The notes: generated by a model from the sequence alone, not told the origin. DNA of 64,000 nt from Felis catus (GCF_018350175.1 NC_058368.1:176392001-176456000); one strand, 5' to 3'; numbered from the stretch's first letter, positions 24,289-38,555 are shown. Translations and numbers: made by a program.

Positions 24289-24510
24289 GGGGCGCCTGGG
24301 TGGCTCAGTCGGTTGAGTGTCTCACTTCGGCTCAGGTCATGATCTCGTGGTGAGTTTGAGCCCCCCGTCGGGCTCTGCGCTGACAGCTTGGAGCCTGGAG
24401 CCTGCTTCTCATTCTGTGTCTCCCTCTCTCTCTGCCCCTCCCCCGCTCATGCTCTGTCTCTCTCTCTCTCTCTCTCTGTGTCAAAAATAAATAAACATTA
24501 AAAAAAAAAA
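24289..24510 (+). mobile_element. Felid Can-SINE
   Basis: Head, (CT)n and poly-A; TSD aaaagccct(g/a)ttccact. Confidence 0.95.
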
Positions 24511-26754
24511 AAGCCCTATTCCACTGAACCCCACACATCCCTGTGACATGGCAGGTACCAGCTCAATAATGCGTTATAAGAATAATTCTAATACCTCTAA
24601 GAAGTCACGCTTTTTTGTTTTAAGGTCCCAAATGCTCTGAAGTTGAGGGAAGATCAACAGAACCCTAGGACACCACAGAAAACAAATCTCAAAACACGAA
24701 ATTAACTTTGGAACAATATTATTAAGTAAACCACAATTGGGATTTCACCAGTTTTTCTGGTCCAGGGTCCAACGCAGGCCCCCAAGCTGTATTTGGCAGC
24801 TGCATCCCCTCAGTTTCCTCCAATCTGTGACAGCTGCAAGTTCACCCTCATCTGTCACAACTTGTGACACTTCTGAAAAGCGTGTGCCAGCTATTTTGGA
24901 GAACGTCTCTCAAACTGAGTTTGTCTGATGTTTTCTGGTGCTTCTGGCCAGGGCGTGCATTTCTGGGAAGAATCCCACCATGATGTGCCTCCGTCAGTGT
25001 ACCACACTACCGGTGGTGTTAGGCTAATTCATTTAGCTGACAAATATTTAGTGTCCACAGTGCTGGCCACCACGGCTGGTGTTGGGGAAATAGAAGTGAA
25101 CAAAGCCCACGAATTGAGGAACTTCCGTTCTCAGGGAGGGGACACATAAAATTCGTGATCGGCAAAAAGGAGATGTGATTGTTTTGAAGTGTGCCGAGAG
25201 CTACGACCCTTTCAGGTGAGTGGCTGGGGCAGGCCCCTCCAAGCAGACAGCTGCAGGGGAGGCAAGGAGAGGGTCACGCCCAGAGGCTGCAAGAGCATTC
25301 CAAGCAAAGATTCTGAGGTGGAGGGTGAAGTCAACCTGGTTAAGGAGCCGCAATGGTCACCAGGGCTGAAGCACAGGGAGGGGACGGTGGCACAGGATGA
25401 GGTCAGTGAGGAGCGGGGAAGATGGATCACACAGGGCCCTGCAGGCTGGGAAAGGACTCTGGACCGTTCTCCATGGTGGATCGGAAGCACAGCACTGAGT
25501 GCCCAGGAGGGTGGACCAGTTTTCACCCAGAGTGACCCCAGCGGTCAACAACAGAACCAGGCTCCAGCCAAGGCTGGCCTAGTCTGCGTCCGCCCTGGCC
25601 AGGCCCTTCCTCCTCCACACAACACCGGCCCAGGCCCTTGGGCAGGGCTCCAAACACCGTGGAACTCAGGGGTCTGGCTCTGGAATATGTTTTTGTGCTC
25701 ACAAAGAAATACGGGTGTGGCTAATGCCCCTGACTTCCTCCTCACACGAGGTCCTCTGCATCTCCTGCTCCGGAACGTCCTGGGTCTGGAGCCCACGCTT
25801 GGCACCAGCCCAAGGACCGTTCCCACTGAGGCGCCCGCGGGCCTCGATTCTGCCACACAAACCTCAGAGCAGTCTGGCTCCTTCGAGTCCTGAGATCTGC
25901 ACGTGCGGTTTCCATTTCCTTGTCTAGCAAGCTCACATTCGCATAGTACAGTGCAGCGGTTAAGGGCACCGATTCGAACCCAGGCATCTTGGCTCTGCCG
26001 CTAGCCGGTGGCCCTGGGCAAGTGAGCTCCCGATAACATCATAGGGGTGCCCATGGGGATGAAATGTTAATCGGGATGAGAAGGCAGAGTGGCACAGGTG
26101 CCCTGAGAATGTTATTTCATTTCAGTGTTGGCTGTGACCATTATCAAGCCCCCCCCCACCTGCTCAGGCCCTCCTCTGCTCCCCCATGGGAGAATTGAGC
26201 CTTAGGTACCTGTGAGCCCACAGCTCACCTTTCCCTCCCTGCCCTGGCTTGGGGCCGAGCACTGAATAAACGCGGTTTGTCGAAAGAATGAATAAATAAT
26301 GAACAAACATGTATGAGTAGGGGATGAGTAAATACACGTCAAAGGTAAGATTTAAAAGCATATTACTCAGGACAAATATTTTTCAACAAAAGTGCTTCTG
26401 GCAGAGTTGTGTGATTAAGACGGGGCCAGTAGGCACAGGGAAAAAAAAAATTAACAGAGATAACCTGGCCAACATGTAATTGAGAACCCCAAAGAATAGA
26501 CTTAGGAATTTGGAGGTGGAGAAACCTGGCTTCCAAATCCTGGGGCCACCACGACTACTATTGCGGCCCTGGAAAGGCCACCACGTACAGATGGACAGGC
26601 TGTCCCCGGTGCAGGGGGCTGGCAACTAGCCCCCACTCAGCTGGAGTTGGTGTGGGGACTGCGTAGGGCTCTAGGAGCCCTGAAGAAGGGGAGTTTTTTA
26701 AGCAATTCCCACAGAGGTGGCAGAGAAGTGACCCGCAGCTCTCGGCACCCTGTG

Positions 26755-26813
26755 GCAGCTCTCTGAGCCTGCAAAGCGGAGCCTGCAGCTCTCTGAGCCT
26801 GCAAAGCGGAGCC
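26755..26813. repeat. Local 30-bp tandem duplication
   Basis: gcagctctctgagcctgcaaagcggagcc occurs at 26755-26783 and again at 26785-26813. Confidence 0.95.
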
Positions 26814-29800
26814 AATGACAGCAGCTACACCTCTCCTACCGGGCGGGTGGACGGCGTGTTAGCCCCCACCCCTTCTGTGCCCAGTGCTTGCAGCAATGCC
26901 TGGCACACAGTAGGCACTCAGTGCCACCTGCTGAACGAATCGATGGGCTAACGTTGTTAGCCCGGCCTTCCCCTACAGGCAGCCTGTAAGTCGGGTTCCA
27001 GTGCAGTGGGCTCAGAGGCGGGCGGGACTGTGAACTGTAGTAAACTCTCACACCCTTCAGTCTGGAAGAAAACAGAAAACAGAAAGGACATGGGGTGGGG
27101 GGTGGTAATTTGGGGCCAGAATGCAGCCTTTTTCAGTCAGCTGGGAAAAGTGATAAGGAGGTGGCCGTGGGAACCATGGGAATTGGGGGGGGGGGAGGTA
27201 GAACGGGCCCCATTCACACAGAGAATGAAGGTTATGGCCCCAGTGGAATGTGAGTTGGGTGTGGGGCTGGGCCTGGGAGCAAAGTTCCTGAATGACCGGC
27301 TGGCCGGGCCGGGGCCTCAGTCCCCTCTTGGGAACCTGCACGGCCAAAGCAGTGTTTCATCAAAACAGGAAAAATCATAGAGGAAAAATGCACATGTAAG
27401 GGGACTGGTATTTACAGGGAACAGCCCTGCCTCCACCCAAGGCCTGAGAGGATGGACTCGGGGAGGGGACACAGGGGAGCATGCAGGGGAGCAGAGCTCT
27501 CCCCAGTAAGGCCACCCACTGCCCACCCGGGCCTGGGGGGGCTCCTGAGAATCTGAAAGTGAGCTTGGGCCAGGTGGTATAAGGAGAAGGCAACGTGAAC
27601 CTCACAAGTCATGCCCTCGTAGCATGTTCCTCCCCGCCATAGGCCTCGTGGCTACATACAGAACTTCTTACCAGGCGTTACCCGTCCGAAGTGCTTCAGA
27701 GCACGGGCGTGCTCTCCCTGCTGTTACCTACAAGGTAGGAGAGCTCGGACTCTGGCCCTAAACACCTGGCAGGTAGATGCCTCAGGATCACAGATGCCCA
27801 ACCCTGTTTTCTTTCTTTGGACAACGGGGCATTCCCACACCTGCCCACAGAGTGCTGGGAAGCTCAGCTGAGATTACAAATTTGGACCCGGGCACACAGT
27901 AGGGTCTGAGTAAACAGCCTTTTCCTGGGTTCATCAGGAGCGACCTACATTATAATCATCATGGACACGTGGTAGCCGGAGATTGAGCAAACGCTCCATC
28001 CTACCCCCAAGCTTCTGGGACACACAACTCTAGCGTCTGTGACGTACCTGTGTATCAGCACAAGGCTTCTGCCTTGATGACACCAGCTGAGCTGCTCCTC
28101 TAGTGGGTGATTAAAGTGATTAAAGAAGGACCTGGGATGTGCGATGGCACAGACCGCCACCACCCTCACTTGAACACTGCGGAAGGATCTTCACTGCTCT
28201 GCTCCTCCCTTTCAGTCCAGGCTGAGCTTTCCACCAAGATTTTAAAATCCGTCACAGGCTGAAGCCTTCTCAGGCTGAAGGACACATTCCCAACCATGCC
28301 CGACGAGGCCCTCATGGCCCGGCCCAGCTGACACCTCCGGCCTGGCACTCCCTGGTCCTCTGTCCCACAGCTATTTCCACCGGCCACAGGGTTAGTTACC
28401 TCTCTGCCTCAAGCCTTTGCCCATGCTGTTCCCTCTACCTGGGCCTCCCTCCCTTTCATCCCTAACTCAGTGCACCCTAAGCATCTTTCAGAGCGCCACT
28501 CAGTCACTGCAGTGAGGTTTCCCTGGTCCCTAGAAGACTCCGGTCCTAGAGCCTTCTGTGTTGTCCTACACAGCCCTCATATCAACTGAGAACTACAAAC
28601 TTAATCGGATGTTTGACTTAATTGTTGAAACTGAAGACTCCGTGATGGCAGGGGCTATGTGCCTCTGGCTCACCGCTGGACTTCTAGTGCTCAGTGCAAT
28701 GACCAGCATGAATATTTGCAAATAAATGAGTGAATGAATGAATCAATGAATGACCAGAGAGCCTTGGGGGATGAAAAAGGAAGTAAAGCTGAAAGCAGAC
28801 CAAGAGGCATAGATTTGATTATTTCTCCTCGAGGAACCCTGATGGGAAGGAGGAAGCCAAGTCATGTGTAAGACAGCCGGGCTCACAAGACCCCAGGAGG
28901 AGAGGGTCAGTCACCTGGTGGCCAGGGAGAATTCATGTACATGATCTCATTCTGCCTCACACAATGCTGGGGTAGGGCACTATTATTAGCCCATTGTTAC
29001 AGATGAGGAAACTGAGTCCCAGGGGGATCATGGACCTGTCTGGGGTCCCGCAGCTGGGAGGGGGTGGGGCCAGGGCTAGGACTGTTCACACAGGGCAGTG
29101 AGTTCTAGACTTAAGGGACAAAGTCTCTTACTCAAGGCATCCCTGCAAGAGAATGAAACAAATTGATTAGCATCTTCCCGAAACTGCTGGAACAGAAATG
29201 GTTACACCTGTACCGAGGCAGCATGGTGAGGGAGAAAGAACTGGATTGTTCCAGGCACATCAACCGAGAACCTACTCCCGCCAAGTCCAGTGCGGAGCCT
29301 CTCAGGTGCGTCAGCCGTGCGATCCTCAGCACTGGTGCTATCATCACGCCCATTTTACAGATGAGGACATGCCGCTGAAAGAAGCTCCTCTTATTCCTAG
29401 TTTCAGGCGCCTAAAACATCAAGGGAAGGTATTCCCTCCCCTGTGTTATCTTAACGAACTTCAGATACATCAACATGTTCCTAATGTCTACCAGTGGCCT
29501 TGGGGCCCCAATTCTATTTCCCAAAAAGCTTTTCAATTTTCTCAATCCCCCAACTGTGAATTTCCTGCGGTGGGATCTTCGGGGACCCCAACCCTCGGCT
29601 ACAATTCCAGGGCTACACATATGTCTGCAGTGTGCTTTAGGCATTTTACATGCACGAATTCAGTGTCAAGTTGGCCTCCACACTCTGTCTTCTGTCTCCA
29701 TGAGAGTGTGAATAACACGTAGTCATCCCATCAGGGAGCATACTCGCCTGACTTCCCTGGGAAACATACCAACCCATGCCAAACGGCTTTCAGTTCCCCT

Positions 29801-31902
29801 TCGTCCATGCCCTCGGGAGTTCTTACATTCACTTGACCCCTGTCTTTCTCCTAAGCACCGCCTCTGCTCAAGAACCTGCCATGGCTCCCCACTGTGTGAT
29901 GTGAAACGTGCAGCCCCCGAGCCAGATCCACAAACTAGGCCCACTTCACCTGCCTTGGTCACCACCACTCTTTCGGACACCACTGCCCCTGCCTCCCAAT
30001 CTCTCATCAGGATGCAGAGCCCCTCAGCTAGAATGCCATCCCTTCCCCTCCATTGATCTCCCCCTGCTCATCTCTCAAGTGTCCCTCCTCCAGGAAGCCC
30101 CCTAATTGTCTCCTGGCTTGCGCATGTTCTGCCGTAGTCTTCTCTCATCGAGATTACCGCCTACACGGCCGCCACTCCCTCTCCAGCCTGTGTGAACAGA
30201 ACCCACCTTTCCAACAGGACTCTGCTTCTTGCGAGCAGGGCTCAAGTCCACCCGCCTGGGCTGGCATTCCAGTCACGTCTGAGCCTCTCTAGCCTAGCTG
30301 GTAACCCAGCCTCACCCTCCGTTCGGCCAGCCTCTCACAGAAATGACACACTGCCTACCCCCAGGGACACGATGGTGGGGGAGGTCACTGATGAGGCACC
30401 TGTCTTGTCTCTGGCCTCAAGTACCATCAAGTTGCCTCCTGCCAACAGGCCATGAACCAAGTCACAGGTCTATTGTCTTTTTTTTTTTTTTTAAACTGAA
30501 TAGGATGTGACTTACAATTTAATAAGCGACATTTGATTAGTTGAAGGTCAACATTTTCCAAACATCAAGTCCGTGTGGAAAATCTGAATCAAAGAGGCCT
30601 CTTGGCCGAGAGACCAAATGCCACAAGAGCTGGCAGCTGCTCGTGGGGCCCCTGCTGGGCTGCACCCAGGCCCGTCTGTACAGCACAGCCTTGCAGGCCG
30701 CCACACCACAAATCGAACTTGGCTCCCCCGCTCAAATTCGTCCTCACTGTGCTGAGGGGCAAGCACACGCACTCATCGGGGCCCGGATGCACTCTCTGGC
30801 TCACGGCGTGCAGACACTTCACTCCCGCCCCTGCCTCTGAGCAGGACTGGACCCCTCGTGCCGGCATCTGCCTGACTCTGCTCATCACTGAGGTGATGGG
30901 GAGGCCCCCCTCCGGCCCTGCGAAAAGTGCCATCAGAATCCCCGGAGTCCCCTGGACGTTCTTGCTCAGAAAACTCTTGCTCATGTAACTGTCCATCTGC
31001 CCTGCTGGAATGGAAGCTCCAGGAGAGTAGGTGCCACGTCTGTGGTGTTTAGCTCGATACGCCAGCTCCAGCGTGATAGGAGGCGCGCAGCAGGTGCTCA
31101 ACAGCTAAGTTATGAAAACGAGTAAGCAAAGGAGCAAAGAAGGTGCTAGTGGGGATGGAGGCCAACTCGGCAGAGGTGCTGGGTGGGACTTTCAGCCCAG
31201 CCAAGCCGCCGGCAGTGGAGAAGTGTGGGGGCACGTCGGGAGCCATGCTCCCTGGATCCAGACCAGGTACGGGAAGCAGAGGGGTGTGCTTCCCCTCCTG
31301 TCTCCACTGCCCTCTCGGCAACCAGCATCCCCATCCGTGCCCAGCAGTGTTTCCTGGTGTTCCGAGAAACACCGCTCACGGAAGGGGGTGGGGAAGTGGG
31401 GTGACCTGTAACACCCCAGGTATTAGAGTTTTTATTTGTTTCTTAAATGGCTTTTGTAACAAATCACATATGGAATAATAACAACAAATGTGTCTTCACT
31501 GGACCCTAAGAGTGCTACACGACTGCTTCTAGAATTTTCACGTTACTAGAATTTCACCATTATATTCTTCCTACCTCACAGCTGAGGAAACTGAATCAAC
31601 TGGGGCCAGGGCACAAACGTGGAGTTCCTGCGTGGGGTTCCACTCTCCTGATCACTACAAAGCCCCAGAGAGGCTGCTTAAAATACAGAGGCCAGGGCCC
31701 TGATGCCCCATATCACAATCTCCAGGTGGGGCCATGGGAATCCGAATTTTAACCAGCAAATTGCCCCCAGCCAGCTGGGCAGACTGTGATTCCTTGGGCC
31801 TCAATTTTCCCAACTGTGAAATGGGCAACTCCTTCCCTACAGGGCTACGATGGGGGACCAATGAGGGAAATGCTGGGTGTGTGTTCTAAAAACAGTGTAG
31901 AG

Positions 31903-32133
31903 GGGGTGCCCGGGTGACTCAGTCATTTAAGCGTCCAATCCAACTTCGGCTCAGGTCATGATCTCAGTCTGTGAGTTCGAGCCCTGTGTCAGACTCTGTG
32001 CTGACAGCTTGGGGCCTGGAGCCCGCTTCAGATTCTGTGTCTCCCTCTCTCTCTGTCCCTTCCCAGCTCACGCTCTCTCTCTCAAAAACGAATAAACATT
32101 AAAAAGAATTAAAATAAAGTAAAAAATAAATAA
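31903..32133 (+). mobile_element. Can-SINE (diverged)
   Basis: ggggtgcccgggtgactcagtc head through A-rich tail; TSD aaaaacagtg(t/g)aga. Confidence 0.92.
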
Positions 32134-33679
32134 AAACAGTGGAGAGGAGCCTGGCAGGAGGTTCCACTGAGGAAGCAGCAGACCCAGGAGCCACTCACAA
32201 GTCACAACCTTGCTCGGTCCAGCTCACTTGATAGACATTCCTACATATGACAGCTTCTGCGCAATATCCGTCCAGGCGACACGCGCACATGGCAAACCAG
32301 TTAAGCAGGGTGGACACCAAGTCCACATCCCACACCCCCACACTCGGGAGCCCCATACTGGGGCACCAGCTGGGGCACTGATGGCCACCCCACGGGCCTT
32401 CAGAGCTGTCATTCAAACGTAGCTGCAATTCAAACTCTGCTCACTTGCCATGCGACGCATTTGTTACTGTGCCTAGTACTGTCCTAGGTCTAGGGGACCC
32501 AGCAACGACCACAGTACGGCAAGGCACTGGCAGCCTGGGGGGAGACTCAGAGACCAAGCTCTTAACCCCGGTCTCTGCTCCATCCCAAAAGGCCACTGGC
32601 TCCTTCCAAGGGGGACCTCCCTGCCCGGGACCTTGGTGTCCGTTGTGGGCCTGAGGCCCACAGGAGGACCCTGGGCGGCGGTGGATGATACTGGCCAGCA
32701 GAAACCAGGTCTGCCGACACAGGGTACCTGGACAGAACGCACTAGCATTTTGGAAAATGAAAAGCCACCTCTGGGCCTCACTCTCCTCCTCTCTCCTCTT
32801 TCGGCATGGAGTGTCCTTAATAGAATCTTTAAGCACTGGGCTCAAAAGCAGAGGCATGAGAAAACTCGGCCCCCAGCCCCAACGATGATGACAATACACC
32901 TGATTATTTGGCAATTTTGAGCAGGAGTAGACTCAATTACACTAGTCTCTGGGATTTCTAGCACAGGACGATCTCCCCAGGAACCTTTCCAGACCATCTC
33001 CAGACCAACCAGAAAATTTTAGGCAAATTTCCTCTTTGGGGATGGGATTATTAGCCACTGATATTTAGAATGCTTACCAGCTGTCAGGGCATACATATGA
33101 ACGACCCATCATTCTTGTTTTGCAAATCAGGAAAGTGAGGCACAGAGAGGTTTAGTAACTTGCCCAAAGTCACAGAGCTGACAAGTGGAACACTTGAACC
33201 CAGGCAGTCTTTCTCAGGAATCTGATTCTTCATCTCCATTTCTTCTCTATTAGGTTAAATCTAGTTGGCTTCTTGCAAGAATATCCTCACATTTCAGAGA
33301 GGTTCACAGGATGCCCGAAGCCCCGAACCCAACTCACCTCCCTGTCCAGGCCCTGGGCTCTGATCCCAGCTCATGCACCTCCCTACCCACTTATGGTCCC
33401 AGCACTCTGCCCAGCCCACCTTCTGCCTGTGGCCTGTTTCCTCCCAGACTGCTCTGTGCCCATAAGCTGGCCTATGAAGAACTAGGACGGAGGTCTCAAA
33501 AACTAAGGGGAGACTGCTGGGTACAAGGCAACAGGGAGTGGGGACGCATGCGGCCACTCCTTAGCGACAGCTACGCCTGCCACCTGGCCACTGAGGCCAG
33601 GGAGCCCCCACTTTTCTGGAGGTGATGATAATTCAGATTTTTATGTGAAATCTCCTAACTTGAAAATGCTGGCATTTAA

Positions 33680-33888
33680 GGGGCACCTGGGTGGCTCAGT
33701 CGGTTAAGTGTCCGACTCTTGGTTTCGGCTCAGGTCATGATCTCACGGTTCGTGGGATCAAGCCCCGTGTCAGGCTCTTGCTGTCAGCACACAGCCTGCC
33801 TGGAATTCTCTCCCTGTCTCTACTGCTCCCCAGTTCGCATGCCAGCGTGCTCTCTCTCAAAACAAAATAAGTAAACTTAAAAAAAAAA
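33680..33888 (+). mobile_element. Can-SINE (older subfamily)
   Basis: ggggcacctgggtggctcagtcggttaagtgtccgactcttggtttcggctcagg head; TSD aaaatgctggcatttaa. Confidence 0.93.
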
Positions 33889-36800
33889 AAAATGCTGGCA
33901 TTTAATTCAGTTTTTTAAAAGAACGTGGGGATGAAAGAGTATCTGTGATGGGGCAGAATTCAACCCCCAGTGCTACCAGTTCAGTCTCTGCGTTAGCAAA
34001 GCAAGCCTGTCAGGAAGTTTCATAAACGGGGGAAGGAAAGACAGGGGCCAGGACACTGAATTAGGACTTACTATGAGCCAGGAGCTGCTAGAGGGAGGTT
34101 CTCTCCTTAACTCTTCTCAGCAACCCTGGGGCGGGGGGTTGGGGGGGGGGCGGTCAGGATTCATGTCCCCATTGTCAACCAGAAAGCAGGCTCAGAGAGA
34201 TGAGGTGAGCTGCCCAAGGACACACACAGCGTGGGTGGACACGCCAGGATCCAAAGCCCAGCTGTCCCAGGTGCAGCATGCAACGGCAGTTCTAGAACAA
34301 GCTGAGTCCAGGGTGGCTGACGTGTCATGCTCCAGTGAGTACGGGACAGGCAGAGGTCCAAGTGGGGTGACGTGCCTGTGTGGCCCCGCTGCAAGGGGTC
34401 TGACCCAGGGCGGGGCAGAGGTGGGTGGGTGAGCCCTCTCGCACCTCCTTTGACTCAGGGTTAACTCAGCTCTGACAAACCACCTGGCTTTGAGTGTAAC
34501 CCAGTTTTATAGCTTGGACAACCAAAGCTGAGTTGGGGAAAGTCAGGCAGGTCCGCGAGCGAAACCAGCCCCCTGCCACCTGGCTTGCTCGGTGACCTTG
34601 GGCAGGGCCCCTCAGCTCTCAGACTCTTGGGTCCCCCCAACTCCAAAACTAAGGGGCTGGCTCCTTCCATCTCAAGGACCTCCCAGCTCCCATAGTTACT
34701 GATTCTAATCAGCCTAGAACCTTAACACACACCACCGCTAGAGCAAATCACTTGACCTCAGTTGACGCGCCTGCAAAATGGGGAAGTAAAAGCCCCCACT
34801 GCACGGGTTTGTTAAGAAGCGAATAGGATAACCTATTTACAGCGTGTAGCACTGTGCCCCATGCCCAGGAGACGCTCAGTAAGTTTACTTACTCAGTTTA
34901 CGTCTACCATCACCTCACCCCTAGCTGTCTAGCACCTGCAGCTTCTCACTTCCCTCCTTCCAAAAACATCTGGCTGCAGAGAATAGCTTAGGTCTAGGTC
35001 TCTGTACCAGGGACAGAGGGGTCAAAACTCACGGCCGTGTCATTGGGAAGGGTCTGAGGGCTTAACTAGCACTCACCAAGATGCAAACACTCCTACGGCA
35101 AGCTAACAAAGATGGGATTCAAGTTCAGGAAAGCTGTGTTCCTGAGGCCCCTTGCCAGCTGTGTGAACCCTCTGAACCCCAGGGTCCTCATCTGCAGAGA
35201 AAACAATCATCTCCAGACCACGCTTCGTCGTCTAAGGTCTTTCTAAACTCTTAAGTCCCTGAATCAGAACAGTGAAGCCTTCCTCGGGCCTTTCCCAGCC
35301 TACCTGACGCTAAGAATCACTGAGGACACTTCGAAAACGTAGACTCTTAGGCTCCCCCTGGACCAGACAAGGCCATGGGTAGGGACACAGAGCTGAGGTG
35401 ACTAGGGAAACCTGACCATTCTAGACTGAAATTGAAAATGGACAAGCTGAGCCTCCGGGGTCAGGTATCTAACAGAAGCATCATTTTGGGGAGGTCAGAA
35501 AGCCTTGAGTTCAGTTACTTTGCTAGCTGTGTGACTTTGGGCCAACCCCTCAACCGTTCTGAGCCTGTTTGTTCAAAATGCGAACGATCAGGCTGAAGCC
35601 CCAAGCTGGGGTGAGCAAGGAAGGTCAGGTGTCCTCTCCCTCCCAACTTCCCCACCTCAGGTTCAGGGGGCTATCATGCCATTTCAAGCAAGTGAGCCAG
35701 TGAGGGCGGGGGATATCCGGTGGCCTCCCGTTAGGACCGGCAGCCGGTCACCCATTCCCACTTTGGGCAGGGCCTGAGTAATGTGTGTCGTCCCCATTCC
35801 TCAGGACATTCGGAAGGGAACGTTTTCCATTCTCACTGCTAGAGACGTAAGTCCTTTCAGACACACTTACACCCTCAGGAGAAAACTAGAAGCTTCTCCA
35901 AATGCAGAGATAAGGCAGCAAAGCACCCAATCCCAGTGGAGCTGGACCCCTCTGCCAAGTGCTGGGGGACGAGGAGCCTCACCTTGTTTGGGGTTCTGAG
36001 CTGTTTCATGGAAGGTGTGAGGTGGTGAGAGCATGGGCCCCATCCCAAGACTTAGGATCTGACTCCAGTTGCACTGGCCCCCTCCTCCCTGCCTCTCTTT
36101 CATTAGATAAATATTTTCTCAGCGCCTGCTGTGTGTAGACCCTGACCTCACCACCAGCACCCAGTGATGAGCAAACAGGTTTGGTCCCTGCTCTCAAGAG
36201 CTTAGACTCCATCCACACAGAATGTTAAATGACGAAGTGCACACACAGATCATTACAACTGTGTTAAGTGACCTGAAGGACGTCTCCAGGTATGATAACA
36301 AGGTTCAGCCAGGGAAGGGGTGGGAGGCAACCCAAATCAGACTTGAAGAGGCAGTCGAGGAGGATCTTTGTGGAGGTAGAGTGCCAGATGGCCAAGCTAA
36401 TCCGGTTAGTTCCTCCTCCACAAAGTCTCTACTGCCCCATCTACTTGTCCTGCCTTCTCAGTACTCCCCACAACGGAGAAGAACTTTTTATGCCATTGTC
36501 GTCTGCCCATATCCCCCCACTAGCCTGGAAGTGTTACGAAGGTAAAGACAAAGTCAGTCTTGTTTTCCCTGGAATCTTCCCCAATAAATCTTTAAATCAA
36601 TGAATGAATGAACAGATGGATGGATGGATGAATGAACCCCACTTCCCTGGGCCTCCACCTCCTCCTCTCCACTATGGGAATAACAATACCTTTTGGCCCC
36701 GTGCCTGGAGGCCCTGGGCACACTGCCTGTTCTCAATGGGCGGAGCTTGGTGTTGCTATAATTGAGGAGGGTGGGACATCAGGGGTGGGGAATTAGGAGA

Positions 36801-37764
36801 GGAAGCTGACACCTCTACTCTGTGAACAAATCACTCTGAGGACTCCGCCCCAGTCAAGAGAGCAAGACGACGTCAAACAGGCATGCCAGGACACACGGGG
36901 AGCCTTCCCTTCAACAGCACACAGCTAAGCAGTCCCCCAGGTGCCAGTACCAACTGATGCTGTCACCGGACAAATTTATTTCACCCACTGGGCCAGTGAG
37001 TGGGTGACGTTCCCAAACAGGCCCAGGCCGCCTTCTGATTTCCTGGCTCCTCAAAGCAGGCCTGGGAGGCTGGCACTCCTATGCGAACACAGCCACGTGC
37101 ACCAGGCGGGTGACAGAGAGCTGGGAGGGCAGCAGGAATACACAGAGCCCTGGCCCGGTGCAGTTGCACCTCTCAGAGGAATCCTTCCCTAACCAAGGAC
37201 GGCAGCCAGGGACAGCGGAAGGAGCACTCAAATCTGCTGTATGGCCTTGGTGGCAGGGGTGTGTGTTGGGGGGGAGGGTTGGGGGGGATGGAGAGGGTCA
37301 TGTCCTGCCCTGGGCCTCAGTTTCCCCAGATCAAGGTGCAAACTGTAAAGTGGTAAGTGCTACGAGGTGAAAGGGTGCCTCTCATCCACCTCTCCCTGCA
37401 CCAAGTTTTGGATCTGTACATATTGTGGGCTAGTTGTCCCCTAAGCCCGCATTCCCCTCCACGGGTGTGACCTAGGGTGATTTCAGATAATATTGGGGGG
37501 GGGGGAGGGGAGACCTGGCAGTTAGGTGGCATTAGACTTCACAGTGTGGTTAATCCCTGCTGAGTTGTCATCTGAACATTCTGCGAACACTGAAGAGGTC
37601 TCGGGCGGCGCTATTCCATGGGCAGCCTCTCATCTTTCCGGCACTGGCCAGTATCCCTTTTCTAACAGACTCGACAATTTTGGCAGACACAAGGTAGTGA
37701 GAACGGGACAACCCGGCAATTATTTGTCTCTACTTATGGCAGGGGATACTGTTCTGCCATTTTC

Positions 37765-37990
37765 TTTTCTTTTTTTTTTTTTAATGTTTTATTTATTTTT
37801 GACAGAGAGAGAGAGAGACAGAGCATGAGCGGGGGAGGGTCAGAGAGAGAGGGAGACACAGAATCCGAAGCAGGCTCCAGGCTCTGAGCCATCAGCACAG
37901 AGCCCGATGCGGGGCTCGAAGTCACAAACCGCGAGATCATGACCTGAGCCGAAGTCGGACGCTCAACTGACTGAGCCACCCAGGCGCCCC
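37765..37990 (-). mobile_element. Felid Can-SINE
   Basis: Full-length antisense copy; TSD tgttctgccattttc. Confidence 0.95.
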
Positions 37991-38149
37991 TGTTCTGCCA
38001 TTTTCAAAGATGTTATAAAGCTACCTCTTATAAATAAGAATATTAAGTTAAAAAACTGAATACTTTCGAGAAACGTTAAGTAAATAATACATGTTGTTTA
38101 GGAATATGCCCCCAAATTATGTACCTGGGACCAGAATGGTGGAAGGCTG

Positions 38150-38555
38150 AGAAGTAGTAGCTGGAGTTACGGCCTCTGCCAGTGACAGGCACATCTAAGC
38201 CCACCCTTTTCTCTTCCTCCCAGCACCTCACCCACCTGGATCTCCTGACCACTCCCACAGCTATGTGGGTGCGGGTCCCCAGTTCAGGATGGAAGTGATG
38301 GTGCCACATCCACACCTTCCACCTAGCCCTCCACATCCTTCTCTCCCCAGTGCCAGGCCTGGGAGAGGATCCAACACGCCCTTGGGGAAGACAGAGCCAC
38401 AAGATGGAAGGAACCTGGGTCTCTGGGAACCTGTGAGGGGCGGAGCATCCCCAGCTACGCTGGGACTTTACATGAGTGAGAAATGAACTTCTGTTGCATT
38501 AAATCACTGTGATTTTCAGGTTGTTTATGGAGTGTAACTGACTTAGGCTGATATA
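38150..38555 (+). mobile_element. MaLR (MLT1-like) LTR relic
   Basis: agagccacaagatggaaggaacctgggtctctg...gactttacatgagtgagaaatgaacttctgttgcattaaatcactgtgatttt: MLT1-type 3' half. Confidence 0.6.

Noticed and set aside
25189..25893. Longest ORF in the window (234 aa, + strand)
   Set aside because: Non-ATG start, no recognisable domain, overlaps an L2-like relic, and is antisense within the intron.
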